A stretch of 64,000 nt of DNA, from assembly GCA_951406725.2 (NCBI GenBank), contig OX597818.1:19220001-19284000 (forward strand). Direction: 5' to 3'. The stretch comes from Octopus vulgaris (Eukaryota). Shown here one piece after another: positions 1 through 18,974 of the stretch. A model generated the notes under the pieces. The model was not told the DNA's origin and ran no database searches. It saw only the letters and a program-made list of their open reading frames with translations. How positions within the stretch are numbered: position 1 is the first letter of the stretch; each line of letters begins with the position of its first letter. Made by a program: the position numbers and the translations under genes.

Positions 1-274
1 TTCAAGCGGAATTTAAGCGAGCTGCTCAAAAACGTCAATTTTTATTCCTAAAGACGATGCAACCGTACAAAATGATGATGCAGTACCTTCAATGTAATGA
101 ATTCAAACAATTAGGAAGAAAGTAACGAATTCGTGTATTTAAGACAGTTTACACCATATTGTAATTTATTAGTTACTGTTTTACAAAATCAAACTAGAAA
201 ACTGGACAAAACAGAGAACACAATTGAAAAAATTAAAAAGAAAAAAAGAGAAGAGAAAAAGGAAAAAACAATTC

Positions 275-2632
275 ACCACTTTGGGTTGAAAAGCTGGGAG
301 AGCTGGGAAACCCATCTAATGGCTATTGGGACACGCCAGCACGCTTGCAGCGTTGCCGCGGGTGATGGCGAGCCTGATGCCCTGGAACAACCAAGCGCCC
401 TCATGATTCTCACCAATTGCCTCTGTGAGTCGAGTTGCAAGTGAAGACAGGAATCTCGCTGTTACCTTAAAGTTTGTTTCTTATCTTATTTACACGAGTT
501 AACATGCAACACATGTTACATAATGGTATACAAGATACCTTAGTAAACCAAGAGAGACTTTATAACCATTTAGCTAAATATTTTTCCCAATATCATAAGG
601 CGAACAAAATTGCTGTGTACCATGCATATATGCTGATGTCACTCATTTAATCATGTCTTACAATTGGGAAAGCATTGCTTGTCATCACTACTGAGAGAGG
701 AAACAAATAAAGAAATGAGTAGGTGTCCGGCCCTACCAAACGTCTCGAATGCCACAAGATGGAAAATGTAGTTGGCTGACAGATCGCGGAATTCCAGGAT
801 TTTGTTCCGCTTGACCGCAGAAGCTGTGGATCTAGCCCTGACCGCAACATCCAGTATGTGAGATAAAGCAAAGGAGTCGCTAACTGGGACATTCCAGATA
901 AGGCATCTGCCTTGCGACCAGGGGCACATGGTGAGGTTATCAGGTCTCTCCCTATCACATCTGGACAATCCAGAGGGTTCCAAGATGGAGGGGATGTTTT
1001 CCCAGGCCAAGCTCCTCTTGAGTATCAGATTCGACTCCATATCACACACGAAGCGACCAGGCGGCAAGAAAGGCCAGGGAGACCTGTGGAGTCGAGGAGT
1101 CTGCCACAACGACAGATCAAAACCGTGCATACGTTAGCTCCCACTCTGAGGGCAATGGAGACACGAAGTTCGTCCAAGCTGAGTAGGCCACCAACATTAG
1201 CCACAGGGATGGCATCAATCCAGTTACCTGAGTATTTGTCACTAGCAGACAGTAAGCGGTACTTTGATAACTGGTCCGACTGGATGAAGAGGGAGTCGAA
1301 GGTGGCCTTCGAAATTATGTTGTCCCAAGCACTCTGACTCCGACAGTCCTCCACCTTCTCAGGAGCAGCCAAGCCCAGTTCGCTCCAGTGTTGGAGAGCT
1401 TCAGTCAACTCCCTATTGGAACTGGTCCATGTTGGAGAGGAGAGGATGTTGCTCACCAGGGTGAAGCAGGCGTGGGTGGAGGAAAGAAAGAGGGGAGATA
1501 GAGGGGTGAACACTTACGAAGACCAAGACCTCCAAATTGCTTGGGCAATGTAGCCTGATCGCGGCACGTTGGAGAGAGTCTGACATTGACTAAATATTCA
1601 AGTTTCTCAAAAATTAGGTTATCAAATAGTTGGAGGCACGATGGGAATCGGTAAGATGAGCTAACTGAGTAAATATAGAGGCTTAGGGATCAAGAGGTAA
1701 TTCCTATGATAAAACCTTGATGGGGTTCGATAGCTTCAATATTTTTCAGCAATTGCTCAAGGGTAGCTACCTTAGACTGGAAGATAGACTCAAAGGCAAG
1801 GTCAGTGATTAGGGCATCAAGAGAGCACCAAGCCGATGGGGGAGGGACTACAATAGAAGGGAAGGTCTCTGCAAAAAGGTCAATAGTTGGGTGATGTTTA
1901 GAAGTCGGGTGGCTGAGGATCCAGAGCTCACATTTGAAGCTGTTTACTTGGAGACCCCGGCGACCAAGCTCCCCAACCATCATGTTTGCAATGGCGAGAA
2001 CCCTGTCCGGAGGTCCCCCCAAACAAGCATCATCGAGATACCAAACGTTGAGTTCTAACTTGACGCCCATCTTGGTGATGTCATCAATGCCCAGTACAAA
2101 CAGCGCGGGCCCGAGTGGGTCACCCTGTTGGACTCCTGAGGCGGAGGTGATGATTTGGTCACCAAAAAATAGATAGGAGGGCTCCCGCTAAGCCTGACAT
2201 GCAAGGCGGTAGGATTGTGGGACCTTCTCTCTTACTGAGCTGAGGACAGCACCGCGGCTGATGGAGTTGAAGGCATACTTAAGGTCAAGTTCGAGGATGA
2301 TCTTGGGTGACAAGGCAAGCAAGTTGGCTCTGGTAGCGTGGCCGGCAGCTTCACATCCCAATTTGGTGCCCATTCCTAGCTGAGTGGGGGAAAATCCCTC
2401 CTCCAATAAGCTAGAGACCGATTGTAAACATACGTTTGCAGTGAGACGGCGAAAGGTGCAGCCGACCGCAATGGGGCGCAGGTCATCATTGGGTTTGGTG
2501 AGCCCGAACAATTTTGCTCCGAAGAATAGTGGATGGATATAAAAGAGGACGTTCGCTGAAGAGAACTGGTTCGCAAACTGAGTCAAATTCTCCAAAAGCT
2601 CAAGTCCGGCGTCACCGGCCGTAGAAATCAGA
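275..2632 (-). mobile_element. Degenerate CRE-clade-like non-LTR retrotransposon (RT + Zn knuckle + restriction-like endonuclease), frameshifted, 5'-truncated
   Basis: Minus-strand frames give LRPIAVGCTFRRL, QLGMGTKLGCEAAGHA, LDLKYAFNSISR, GVQQGDPLGPALF (~2100-2140), WYLDD, CRCGRLLDSTGLPGLSC, RPDNLTMCPWSQGRCLIWNV, VAFETFG and, after an insert, FLSSLATRL...WLFQGIRLAITRGNAASVL* (stop 316-318). Confidence 0.85.
466..722. other. ~257-bp AT-rich insertion interrupting the RLE coding region of the CRE-like element
   Basis: ETFGRAGH (723 upward) and VTARFL (465 downward) become contiguous coding sequence when this segment is removed. Confidence 0.6.
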
Positions 2633-3599
2633 AATTACTCATTTTACCCCTGTTAGTAATTATGTCCCCCGCTCCACTAAATTTCGTAGATATCACAGTA
2701 ATATACTGAGGTGTAATCCTTGTCTGTGGTTTGTGTACATATGTTTTGTAAGTTTGTGGTGTTTGTATGCATTTATGAGTGCTTGTAATTTTTGCTTAAA
2801 TTGTTTGCTTGCCTCTGTATTTGTGTTTAAGCATACATGTGCGTATACACGTGACTTTGGTTTAATGCGTGTTTCTTTCTGTGTGTTGTGTGAATGTGTG
2901 TGTGTGTGTGTGTGTGAGAGATTCTTCCCCACCGCCCCCCTTCCGTATTATATTTGTCAAAAGGCGTTAACGGTAGATATTAATAAACGGGCTTCAGAAT
3001 TTGAATATTTGCTTCCAGTCAAACCAATAAACAAATATGATTAGATAAATAAATAAATCTATTTATAGTAACGACAATAACCATCATCATCATCATCACC
3101 ATCATCATCAAAGTAACAACAAACAACAAAAAGACAAAAAAAACCGGGAAAGCAAGAATGTGATGTTTTTGCATTATCTTTTTTTCCCATACTAAAGTTG
3201 AAATGAGGGAAACAAAATTCACACAGGACAACATTTACAAAGCTAAACCTAGACAACTAAAATAATTATTGTGTGTAGGTGCGTGTGCATGTGTGTGTGA
3301 GAGAGAGGGGGGCGTGTGTGTGTATGTGTTTGTGTGTGTCATCGTTTTCTCAAAGGAAAGCTGTGAAATTTATAGAAACCACATCACGTGTACGAACACG
3401 TTCCAACAGGCCTTCACTCTTATTATCTAAGTACATTTTCGTTAAGTTTTAAAATTCCAGTCTTCGTTTGTTTTTCGTTTCTTTTTGTTTGAGGAAACCA
3501 CACGTAAGATGAAAGACATTCCAGCTATGACCATCTCTATTCTGTGTGTGTGAGTGTATTTCCCCCGCCTACCGGGAATTTGAAAAATTAAGATGAAGG

Positions 3600-3750
3600 T
3601 ATGGTTGTGAAGTAAGAAGTTTGCTTCCAAACATGGTTTCGGGTTCAGTTCCACTGTGTTACACCTTGGGCAAGTGTCTTGTATACAGCCCAGCAGACCG
3701 AAACCTTGTGAGTGAATTTGGTAGACGGAAATTGAAAGAAACCCATCATA
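3600..3750 (+). mobile_element. SINE family A, 5' half (tRNA-like head + CORE-like segment)
   Basis: GGGTTCAGTTCC B-box-like motif, CCTTGGGCAAGTG, TTTGGTAGACGGAAATTGAAAGAA; homologous to 18975-19379. Confidence 0.75.
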
Positions 3751-3764
3751 TTTACACACACACA

Positions 3765-3799
<35 letters not shown>

Positions 3800-3882
3800 C
3801 GTCCTATATTCATACATACACTTACATATAATTATACGCAGAGTGCTAAGCGACTTATATGTATGCGTTCATGTATTTATGA

Positions 3883-4277
3883 CTAGCAGTATCGCCCGGC
3901 GTTACTCGGGTTTGTTTCGACCCTTTAGAATTGGAATTTTTGAAAAGTAAAAATTGTGCATTATGTAGCTTGTTATTCTCTTTAAGTGAACATCTTTCTG
4001 GTTGAAATACACCAAAAAATGGCGACACAGCAGGAAAAAATCGTAAAAAAATAGGGATTTTCATAGAAAGAAAAGCACCTTTTTGATGTAAATAATTTTT
4101 GGTCTTAACATGGTCCGATTTGAATTTTATCTTCTACGGAATGAAGAGCAAGCCTTCTTCTATTATACTCTCAATTTTGGTCAACTTGCGCCGTAGGGTC
4201 TCGAAGGAGATAGTGTTAGTTGAAGGCTACCAAACCTGCCACACACAGACAACTTCAGCTTTATATATATAGAGAGA
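3883..4277 (-). mobile_element. Non-autonomous Helitron
   Basis: Minus strand starts TC(TCTCTATATATATAAAGC), ends with hairpin CCCGAGTAACGCCGGG and CTAG, inserted between A and T; 3' end nearly identical to 26537. Confidence 0.8.
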
Positions 4278-4289
4278 TTTAATTGATCC

Positions 4290-5167
4290 TTCGTCGGTTT
4301 GCACATTACTAAGTCATAGGATGAAGTGAAACCATCAGATTTGAATGGTGCTTGGAAAATCTACGGCCGTACTATATTCGTTAATTTGCAAGTTTTCCAC
4401 AATCAGATCATCTACATTAAATTCAGAAAGACATCATGTCACTTGCAAATGATGTAGGATTTGAAGGAGTCATAACAGTTGAGTTGCTAGTGCCACACAC
4501 AGAAACTGTATCTAACGAGGAGGGATGCTGTTCGAACAACAGGAAGCTGAGAATAAAGATGAGAATACGGAAATTCCACCAACTTCTTTTAAACTGACTG
4601 CGAAGCATATTGCTAAAGGGTTTGTGCTTATAGAGGAAAGTCTGGAGGATTTTGCCGATAAAATCCTCAATCGTGAATGTAACATAAAAATTACAAAGGA
4701 GTTTATAGTGAGCTCAGTTCTTACACTAAAACTACCAAGAGACAATGCACCATAAACATCAAGCAATTTTGGATGTTCATCGCCCCTCATCTACGTGTTG
4801 TTGATGATGAACTATAAGATAGGAGCTATTGTCCTTCATCCTCCCAGTGGCTCTCATTCTACCAACACGATCCCTCACGCAGTAATCAATATCTTTTGTG
4901 GTAAGAACATTCTATTACGACGATATTATAATTCTTAATCATTCTCGTCGAATGTTAGCATGTATACATATGGTATTGTATATTTTTAGAAGCGGTTATT
5001 TTTAGGAATACGGTTGGTCCTGTTTTGTCTTTTCTTTGTTTCGGTGAAAATCAGTCAGAACGGGTTTGCACTTTATAATATGAATATCAATGGGAAAATG
5101 AATTTCATATTACCTGATTTTGCATTACGACATGTTTTTTGGAAAGCTTTACGTAACGCTGGGTATT

Positions 5168-5170
<3 letters not shown>
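4290..5170 (+). mobile_element. Decayed pogo/Tigger-like transposase C-terminal remnant
   Basis: Fragments EVKPSDLNGAWK, IMSLANDVGFEGV..VELL..HTETVSNEE, LTAKHIAKGFVLIEESL resemble the Tigger transposase C-terminus; frameshifted. Confidence 0.55.
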
Positions 5171-5231
<61 letters not shown>

Positions 5232-5595
5232 AATGCAAACAAATTACGTAGGCTATAAATGTGTTCTACTATTTTTGCTTAAGTTTAAGTCCCTTGGCTA
5301 CTGGAGTTGGGCAATTGTCGTGCTGATAACTCCTATTAAGGCAGAAACATGTGAGCATGACTCATCTCTTATCACCAGACAATAAGCCTGTTCTTTTCCT
5401 TTTCAGCACGTCACATTTGCAGTTCTTTATTCTTGAGATTATCTTCCCATATGGAGCTGGCCTTAATTATCATTTAGTAATTATGAAAGCGGCGATAATT
5501 TTAATAAATCAGTAATTTATATTTGTTGTAGATTTTGATGTATTTGAATTTCTCTCTCTCTCACTTCTCACTTTCTCGCTACCCCCTCTCTCTAG

Positions 5596-11095
<5,500 letters not shown>

Positions 11096-11834
11096 CAAGG
11101 AAACGCAAATAACAAGCGGTGTCCCACAGGGCACTGTCTTGGGGCCACTGATGTTCATAGTGGCCCTTTCAGACATGCCCTCAGTTGCTACGATGACCAC
11201 CCTTGCTAGCTATGCAGATAACACTTGGACTACTGCTCCCAACTTTGGTCACCACACAATATAAAGCTAACAGCAGAACTCGAAGCAATTCAAAGAAGCT
11301 ACACAAAGAAAATCGTCTCAATGCAAAATATCAGCTACTGGGAAAGACTGAAGGTATTAAACCTCTTCTCCCTGGAGCGGAGGCGGGAGAGATATGCGGT
11401 GATATACATCTGGAAAATCCTGGAGGGTCTTGTCCCAAACTTTGGCATTCAAAGTTACTCCAACCGCAGAACGGGCGCCACTGCATGGGGCCAAGGATTC
11501 CAACATCACCATCAAAATACAGGTCCAGATACTGCAACAGCTTGGGTTTCAGAGGACCACAGCTCTTTAACATCCTCCCTAAATGCCTGAGAGACTTACA
11601 TGGTGTGGATGTGGGTTTCTTTAAAACTAAACTGGATCTCTTCTTGTTGGGAGTCCCAGATGAGCCTACCTCACTACAGGAGACGCGGATGCAGGCAGCA
11701 GCATCAAACTCCCTTGTTGATCAAGTGTCACGTATCAGAGGTGGATTCACAAATTAGTGTAGCTCATTCAGCGGTGGTGCCCCAGCATGGCCGCGGCCTT
11801 CGGGCTAAAACATTTTTAAGGATTTAAGGATTTA
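11096..11834 (+). mobile_element. CR1-group LINE, diverged subfamily, 5'-truncated with internal deletion, (TTTAAGGA)n tail
   Basis: [13 protein letters not shown]...YADNT joins directly to [10 protein letters not shown]...YWERLK; same 3' GGTGCCCCAGCATGGCC motif as copy 1. Confidence 0.9.
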
Positions 11835-12830
<996 letters not shown>

Positions 12831-12965
12831 AAGTTCAGTATAAATTTAGATTCAGTTGAATATGGTACTTAAGTTAAAGGCACCAGAATTTGATATGGTT
12901 TCATCCATATAATTCAAAATGGGGTGATTATAATCAAAATAAGCAACAAGGATATCCAAAGGTAA

Positions 12966-13053
12966 TGCAGTACGATCGTTTCATGCGACTCCATTTAATT
13001 AAACAATGCAAGTATTACATCAGTTTTAAAATGTAGAGCAATCTTCAGCTGCA
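12966..13053 (-). ncRNA. Type I hammerhead ribozyme in a short Penelope-pLTR-like element (~12832-13060)
   Basis: Minus strand: TGCAG-CTGAAGA-ttgc...gcat-GAAA-C-gatc-GTA-CTGCA; 5-bp stem I, palindromic stem III loop, GUA cleavage triplet. Confidence 0.8.
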
Positions 13054-13431
13054 TATAAATATAGAATTTAGTTAAATTGAAAAGATTCATTTTTATACTT
13101 ATTCCATTCACCAACATCGCAAAAAGGGTAAGTAGGTAGACAGAGAAACAGTGCATATAATTTTGATTTACCCCAGAAAAAAAAAAGAAAAAATTACTAG
13201 GGTCGATTCATTCGACAATAAATTCCTCAAGGTAGTGCCCCAGCATGGCCGCAATCTAATGACTGAATTCTCGATCGGGACTTTTCGGACGATTATGTGC
13301 GTTAACTACAGCATTAGAGCGGTTTAGCTCTTATTTCTAGCAATGTTGGTGTTTCCTAGCACCCTAGTCACATTTAGCGATAATTTTATTTCTCCTTTTT
13401 GGTGAAACATTGCAGACTGCTGTTTATACTA

Positions 13432-13464
<33 letters not shown>

Positions 13465-13466
13465 TA

Positions 13467-13690
13467 TTTTATTTTTTTTACTTGTTTCAGTCATTTTGAC
13501 TGTGGCCATGCTGGAACACCGCCTTTAGTCGAAGAAATCGACCGCTGGACTTATCCTCTGTAAGCCTTATACTTATTCTATCGGTGTCTTTTGTCGAACC
13601 GCTAGATTACAGGGACGTAAACACACAAGCATCGGTTGTCAAGAGCGATGGTGGTGGTGGTGGTGGACAAATACTGACACAAAGACACAG
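13467..13690 (-). mobile_element. SINE family A, 3' half
   Basis: Reverse complement of the GGCGGTG..CCAGCATGGCC.CAGTCAAAATGACTGAAACAAG tail plus body. Confidence 0.8.
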
Positions 13691-13707
13691 ATATATATAT
13701 ATATATA

Positions 13708-13900
13708 TATACTAATAAATATAAATCTGAAATGCGAAAAGTTTGTTTGTCTGGTTTTGGCATTGGAACGGGTTAAAGGGCACTAAATCCCGTCGGATTG
13801 ACTCCAAAATTTACAGAGACATGTAAAATGAGGTGACGATGTGAGTGGGCTAGCTTGGAAATCCATATCTTAAAAGGTGTGGTTACTAGGGCAAAAATTG
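13708..13900 (+). mobile_element. Possible Helitron 5' fragment
   Basis: TATACTAATAAATATAAATCTGAAATGCGAAAAGTTTGTTTGTCTG resembles Helitron 5' termini; no 3' hairpin/CTAG found. Confidence 0.35.
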
Positions 13901-14058
13901 CACACTTTGACAGGTCTACTCTCATTTTCTTATCTGCCCGTCTTCCTCCATCTCTCTCTCTTTCCTCACTTCCTTTTACTTTCTCTCTATAACGTCGTTT
14001 GACAGTGTCTACTATCTTTCCCCACCGTGTATATATCTGTATTTGTATATATATATAC

Positions 14059-14097
<39 letters not shown>

Positions 14098-14459
14098 GTG
14101 TGCATTATGTGGTCGGTTGAGCTGAAAATATGCACACCTATGTTAAAAGTGCTGGCGAGTTTGCATGGCAACTATTTTTTTCCTCAAATGAAAGGCGTGA
14201 CCTCCAGGACAAAATTCCTCATCTTATAAAATGTGGCCCGAGTAGACCCGAATGAAATCGGGTTATATTAACAAAAATGTGAAAAGGGGTCTAAATGGGC
14301 TGGAAGGGGATTAAAATTTACTGGAGCGGGTGTTTAGGAATTCTCTGTTACATCAAGCTAAAAAATTTGGGCCAGCCTTTAAATCGTCAATGTGCTGCCG
14401 TCCATGATGAAGAAGTTTTGAATGCTTGCCATGGTGAGTCTACTGCCGAGAGAAAGAAT

Positions 14460-14630
14460 CACTTCAAAACTTATTTTTATGCTTTGATTTATGTTTTTCA
14501 CTGTTTGATTTGCCTAATAGTGGTTTTATCTCTAATTTAATTTATATTTATACTGTGAAATTAGATTTAATCCTAAATCTAATTTTTCCCTGTAAGTTTG
14601 GATTTACTCCCTAATATTATAATTATTATA
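14460..14630 (+). mobile_element. 3' end of the short element family also seen at 48586-48827
   Basis: AAATTAGATTTAATCCTAAATCTAATTTTTCCCTGTAAGTTTGGATTTACTCCCTAATATT matches the reverse complement of 48590-48650. Confidence 0.65.
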
Positions 14631-14637
14631 TATATAC

Positions 14638-14757
14638 ACTCTTTACTCTTTTATTTGTTTCAGTCATTTGACCGTGGTCATGCTGGAGCACCGCCTTTAG
14701 TCGAGCAAATCGACCCCAGGACTTATTCTTTGTAAGCCTAGTAGTTATTCTATCGGC
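14638..14757 (-). mobile_element. SINE family A 3' fragment
   Basis: Shared tail motif, reverse complement. Confidence 0.75.
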
Positions 14758-15126
14758 CCCTGTGATAGTATTATTAGAAAGGAAAGAAACATTGAATAAT
14801 GATAGTTCAAACTGCAATACGTCTGAAAATGATAGCTTAGGCGCGATTAGCCCATAGCTAGCCAGAGGGCTGAGGAGAGTGTGGAAGACCAAGACAACAA
14901 TTATTCCTGTGGTAATTGGTGCACTTGGCACAACACCCGAAATGCTACCTAAAAGATTGAAGGAGATTGGAACTGTACCTCGCATCGTGGACCTGGAGAA
15001 AAGTACCATCCTATGAATAGTTTCGTATATTCTGCAAGAATCTTAAAAGGGATTCTTGAGGTTTGGGGAGACTTGTCGCCAAATATCAAGATAAAATACC
15101 TGCTAACAAAATTAGCATTCACTAGC

Positions 15127-15128
<2 letters not shown>
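14757..15128 (+). mobile_element. R4/Dong-clade RLE LINE, C-terminal fragment and 3' UTR, ending in (TAA)n
   Basis: LARGLRRVWKTKTTIIPVVIGALGTTPEML...YSARILKGILEV, followed by (TAA)n at 15128-15197. Confidence 0.75.
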
Positions 15129-15199
<71 letters not shown>

Positions 15200-15201
<2 letters not shown>

Positions 15202-15755
15202 GCCAGTGAATAAGGAACAGGTGATCAAGTGTGGATTAGGGGAAAAGGACAAGAATGAAATTCAAAGAGAGCATGTTAAACATATTGAAGAGAAACCTTT
15301 GCATGGTCAGTTTTGGAAAACCACCAAGGATGTGTGTGGAACAAAATCCGGACTTAGTTAAAAAAAAAGGACAATTAAAAAAACTCAAAAACAAGGAGCC
15401 TAATTATAGCAGCTCAAGATCGAGCGATAAAAACAAACAGCTTAAGAAAATATGTGTGCTGGAAGAAGGTGTCAGAAAAATGTAGAGTCTCTAGAATTTG
15501 GAATGATACAGTTGCACACATTGTTGCAGAATGTCCCATGTTGGTGCAGGGAGAATACAAGAAATGGAAGCATGACCAAGTTCTGAAAGTTTTACACTGG
15601 TAGTTATGTCAGAAATGGAGATTTGAAGATGGAGATACATGGTACGACCGTCGGGTCGAAAGAGTGCTGGACTCGGAGAAATGCAACATTCTGTGGGATT
15701 TCCCTATTCAAACGGATACTCTAGAAAATAACAGACCAGACATAACAATAATATA
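15200..15755 (+). mobile_element. R4/Dong-clade RLE LINE fragment (Zn knuckle to RLE start)
   Basis: KPLHGQFWK, LIIAAQD, KCRV..., TVAHIVAECPML..EYKKWKHDQV..VLHW, ILWDFPIQTD..NNRPDITI. Confidence 0.8.
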
Positions 15756-16139
15756 CTTCTAAGGTTATTCAGCATATGGCGATAACACTCTCGTATCGTT
15801 AAATAATAGTTCCGACAAGATCCCGTTACTTTCAATTGTAAAATCGACGTCTCCGGTTTCCAATAATGTATTTTCAATAATGTATTTTTCGCTTGTATCA
15901 CGGCAGTAATTCTTCCAGTTGGTCCTAAAATGCTATTACTTCACGCTTGTCATGTCATACATACATTAATGCATGAGGTCACCGAATCGTGCGAAAAATA
16001 GTTTTTCCTTCTATCTATTCACAATGACAAACTTTTCTGGAATTCCATAGAAATTATCTGCATAATACAGATCTTTTGCAGTAAGCTTCATTTCTTAATC
16101 ACCACTAAGACAGTTTTGTAGAAAAGCAACTGTATCTAG

Positions 16140-16568
16140 GGATCTTTTCGGTTTGAGCGGCAGTTTTTTCTAGCGGTGTCATATGAAATTGTCACCCATA
16201 ATTATGACCCTAGTATCGATCTATTGCATTTCAATCTGTTTTAGGGTTAGTTAGGGTTAGGGTTAGGGGTGGGGGGAAGGGTATCTTTTTTTTCTTCACA
16301 AATGTAAATAAACCCAATCTGTTTCTTAAACGAGGGACATATTCATACGGCACATAATGTTTTTTTTACCTCAATAGACGTCATTGATTGGTTGAAATTG
16401 CAAAAATTGAAGAAAAAACAACAACAAATATCTTTCAAACTTGAATTTTCTCAATAAAGCCAAGAGAAAAAGATGTTTTATAAACACATTCTACCAATAT
16501 ACGAAGTTTAAATTTTTTAGTTACGTGGAAATTATTTAAAAAAACTGCCGTTCAAACCGAAAAGATCC
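16140..16568. mobile_element. MITE with ~29-bp TIRs and 8-bp TSD (GG termini; Merlin- or hAT-type)
   Basis: TIRs GGATCTTTTCGGTTTGAGCGGCAGTTTTT / AAAAACTGCCGTTCAAACCGAAAAGATCC; TSD GTATCTAG at 16132-16139 and 16569-16576; internal TTAGGG repeats. Confidence 0.9.
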
Positions 16569-16629
16569 GTATCTAGAGTAATTTGTTGTTAATCGATCTC
16601 TTTTCCATTATTATTCGACACATTCTAAA

Positions 16630-16850
16630 ACGGTGAGCTGGTAGAATCGTTAGCGCGCCAAGCAAAACGTTTAGCGTCCGTCTTTACGTTCTGAGTTCAA
16701 ATGCTACCGGGGCCGACTTTGCCTTTCCTCATTTCGGGGTCGATAAAATGAGTACAAGTTGGATACTGGGGTTGATGTAATTAACTTACACCCTCCCCCG
16801 AAATTTCTGGCCTTGTGCAAAAATTTAAAACTATCATTATTCTACACTCA
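16630..16850 (+). mobile_element. SINE family B (tRNA head + Meta/MESC-like core)
   Basis: A box TGGTAGAATCGTTAG, B box GAGTTCAAAT, core GACTTTGCCTTTC...GGGGTCGATAAAATGAGTAC. Confidence 0.75.
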
Positions 16851-17327
16851 TGTAGTTTATAATATTGATTTTTTCCCCACACCTAAATTATGAATGCAGT
16901 CTCATAACTTTTGGTGAATTCAACTTCAAAAATTACAACATAGCAGGGCTGTCACGGTAGCACTACAGTTCTCTGAACAAATCAATGCTCTGGGCCCTAT
17001 ATTATTTATTGACAATTAGCCACAACAGACGTGAGAACTAGGCCTCTAGATCTGTGAGGCTCCCCGAGCAACTGCCCGGTGTACTCCTACCTTAAGACGG
17101 CATTGCAACCAATGAATGATTTGTAGTATTTAGCCTGCACTTAATTTTCATTCCTTAATAGTAGTTTCATTTGATAGGAAAACGCTTTCATTTTCCTAAC
17201 TTGAAAAACATCTACTTTCGACAAGGTAAATACTTTCATTTTCATGCAAAGGCTCTGTGATAAAAAGTGTCTATATAGCTTTATAAACAATACCTAGATA
17301 ACTCAATATAAAAAAAAAAACCTTCTT

Positions 17328-17545
17328 AAGGCGGCGAACTGGCAGAAACGTTAGGACGTCGGGAGAAATGCTCAACAGTACTTCGTCTGTCTTTACGTTC
17401 TGAGTTCAAATTCTGCCGAGGTACACTTTGCCTTTCATCCATTCGGGGTCGGTAAATTAAGTAGCAGTTGCGTACTGGGGTCGATCTAATCGACTGGAAT
17501 CCCTCCCCAAAAATTTCGAGCCTTGTGGCTAGAGTAGAAAAGAAT
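17328..17545 (+). mobile_element. SINE family B, full length, with AAAACCTTCTT flanking duplication
   Basis: Head, core and tail all present; flanks repeated. Confidence 0.8.
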
Positions 17546-17879
17546 ATAAAAACCTTCTTTACGGTAATTAAGACGGTCTAATCACTCCTATAGAATGATG
17601 GCTAATTTGTAACTTGGTTGAAGTATGTTGCAATAACTGGAAAGTGGCCCCTACAATTGCCCAGCGTCCTGTTCAGTTGGTATTGTTATGGTCGCAATCA
17701 CTCGTACCCTATGGAAACAGGGTTAATTTCCTGCATAACGAGGACTAGGGTTCATCACAGACCCCAGTCTAAGCGTAAACATTATCAACCAGTGAGGCTG
17801 TTAAATTATACAGTGGGTATTTTATCCGAGTCCCATGGAATTATTATCAAAACATGTAGCCAGTATGTTATATAATACA

Positions 17880-18240
17880 TAAATTCCACCGAGGCCGACT
17901 TTGCCTTTCATCCTTTCGAAGTCGATAAAATAAGTACCTATTTCTTTACTACCCACAAGGGGCTAAACACAGAGGGGACAAACAAGGACAGACACACAGA
18001 TTAAGTCGATTACATCGACCCCAGTGCGTAACTGGTACTTAATTTATCGACCCCGAAAGGATGAAAGGCAAAGTCGACCTCGGCGGAATTTGAACCCAGA
18101 ACGTAACGGCAGACGAAATACCGATAAGCCTTTCGCCCGGCGTGCTAAAATAAGTACCAGTTGGGTACTGGGGGTCGATGTTATCGACTTACACCCTTTC
18201 CCGAAATTTCTGGCCTTGTGCAAAAATTTGAAACCAATAT
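17880..18240. mobile_element. Nested SINE B: an antisense copy inserted in a sense copy
   Basis: TSD AAAATAAGTACC at ~17927-17938 and ~18147-18158. Confidence 0.8.
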
Positions 18241-18974
18241 ACTTTACAACTCTTACAGAGAACAGAAAAAGAAAAAAAAAAACATGATTTTAAAACTATT
18301 ATGTATATACTTACTTGCTATCAGCATGATTATTAAATTAAAACATCCAATCAGCAGAAAAACGTGGCGATACATTGCCCTGGGTCCTGTAGAAGCTCAA
18401 CACGGAATAAAGAGACAGAGTAAGTAAAGGGAAATTGAACAGTACCATTCAGTTGGACAGAAAGCTATGGTTTGACGAAATCTTGAAAGATCAAATCGTT
18501 TGTTTGAGACACCTAGCAGTAGTAGTATTAGTTGTAGCGAGAGTAGTAGTAGTAGTGGTGATGGTGGGTGTATTGGTAATAGAAATGGTGGTCATCAGAG
18601 ATTGATAAGAATCGAATTAATTAATAAAGTTGACTCGCTTCCGCTAATATTTTATTGCCTTTCCTGCCTATTGTTTCTTATGCTGACGAATATTATATGC
18701 TTATTTTTAAAAACCGAATCTGTGAATTACATAAAAATCCATGTGCTGTACACGTGAGATCATTTTCCCAGTCATTGTTAGGATTCTTTTCAGCTTTATA
18801 TCACACTTTTCATCGCTTCTTCCACCACCGCCTTTTAACAGCTCTTATTCAAACTCCACCCATTTATTATGTTCAGATAAGCTGGGAACTGACCGGTCTC
18901 ATTTTGCGTGTATCTATTTTATTGTAATTTAACTTGTTTGTTGTGATGACTTGACTGCTGCTCACTACTGTCTT

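Noticed and set aside
466-735. Possible GT-AG intron in the CRE-like element
   Set aside because: Splicing TTTG|GTAGGG to TTTAAG|GTAAC would shift the conserved frame; it is better explained as an insertion.
16241-16268. Telomere or fusion site
   Set aside because: Only about four units, lying inside a TIR element.
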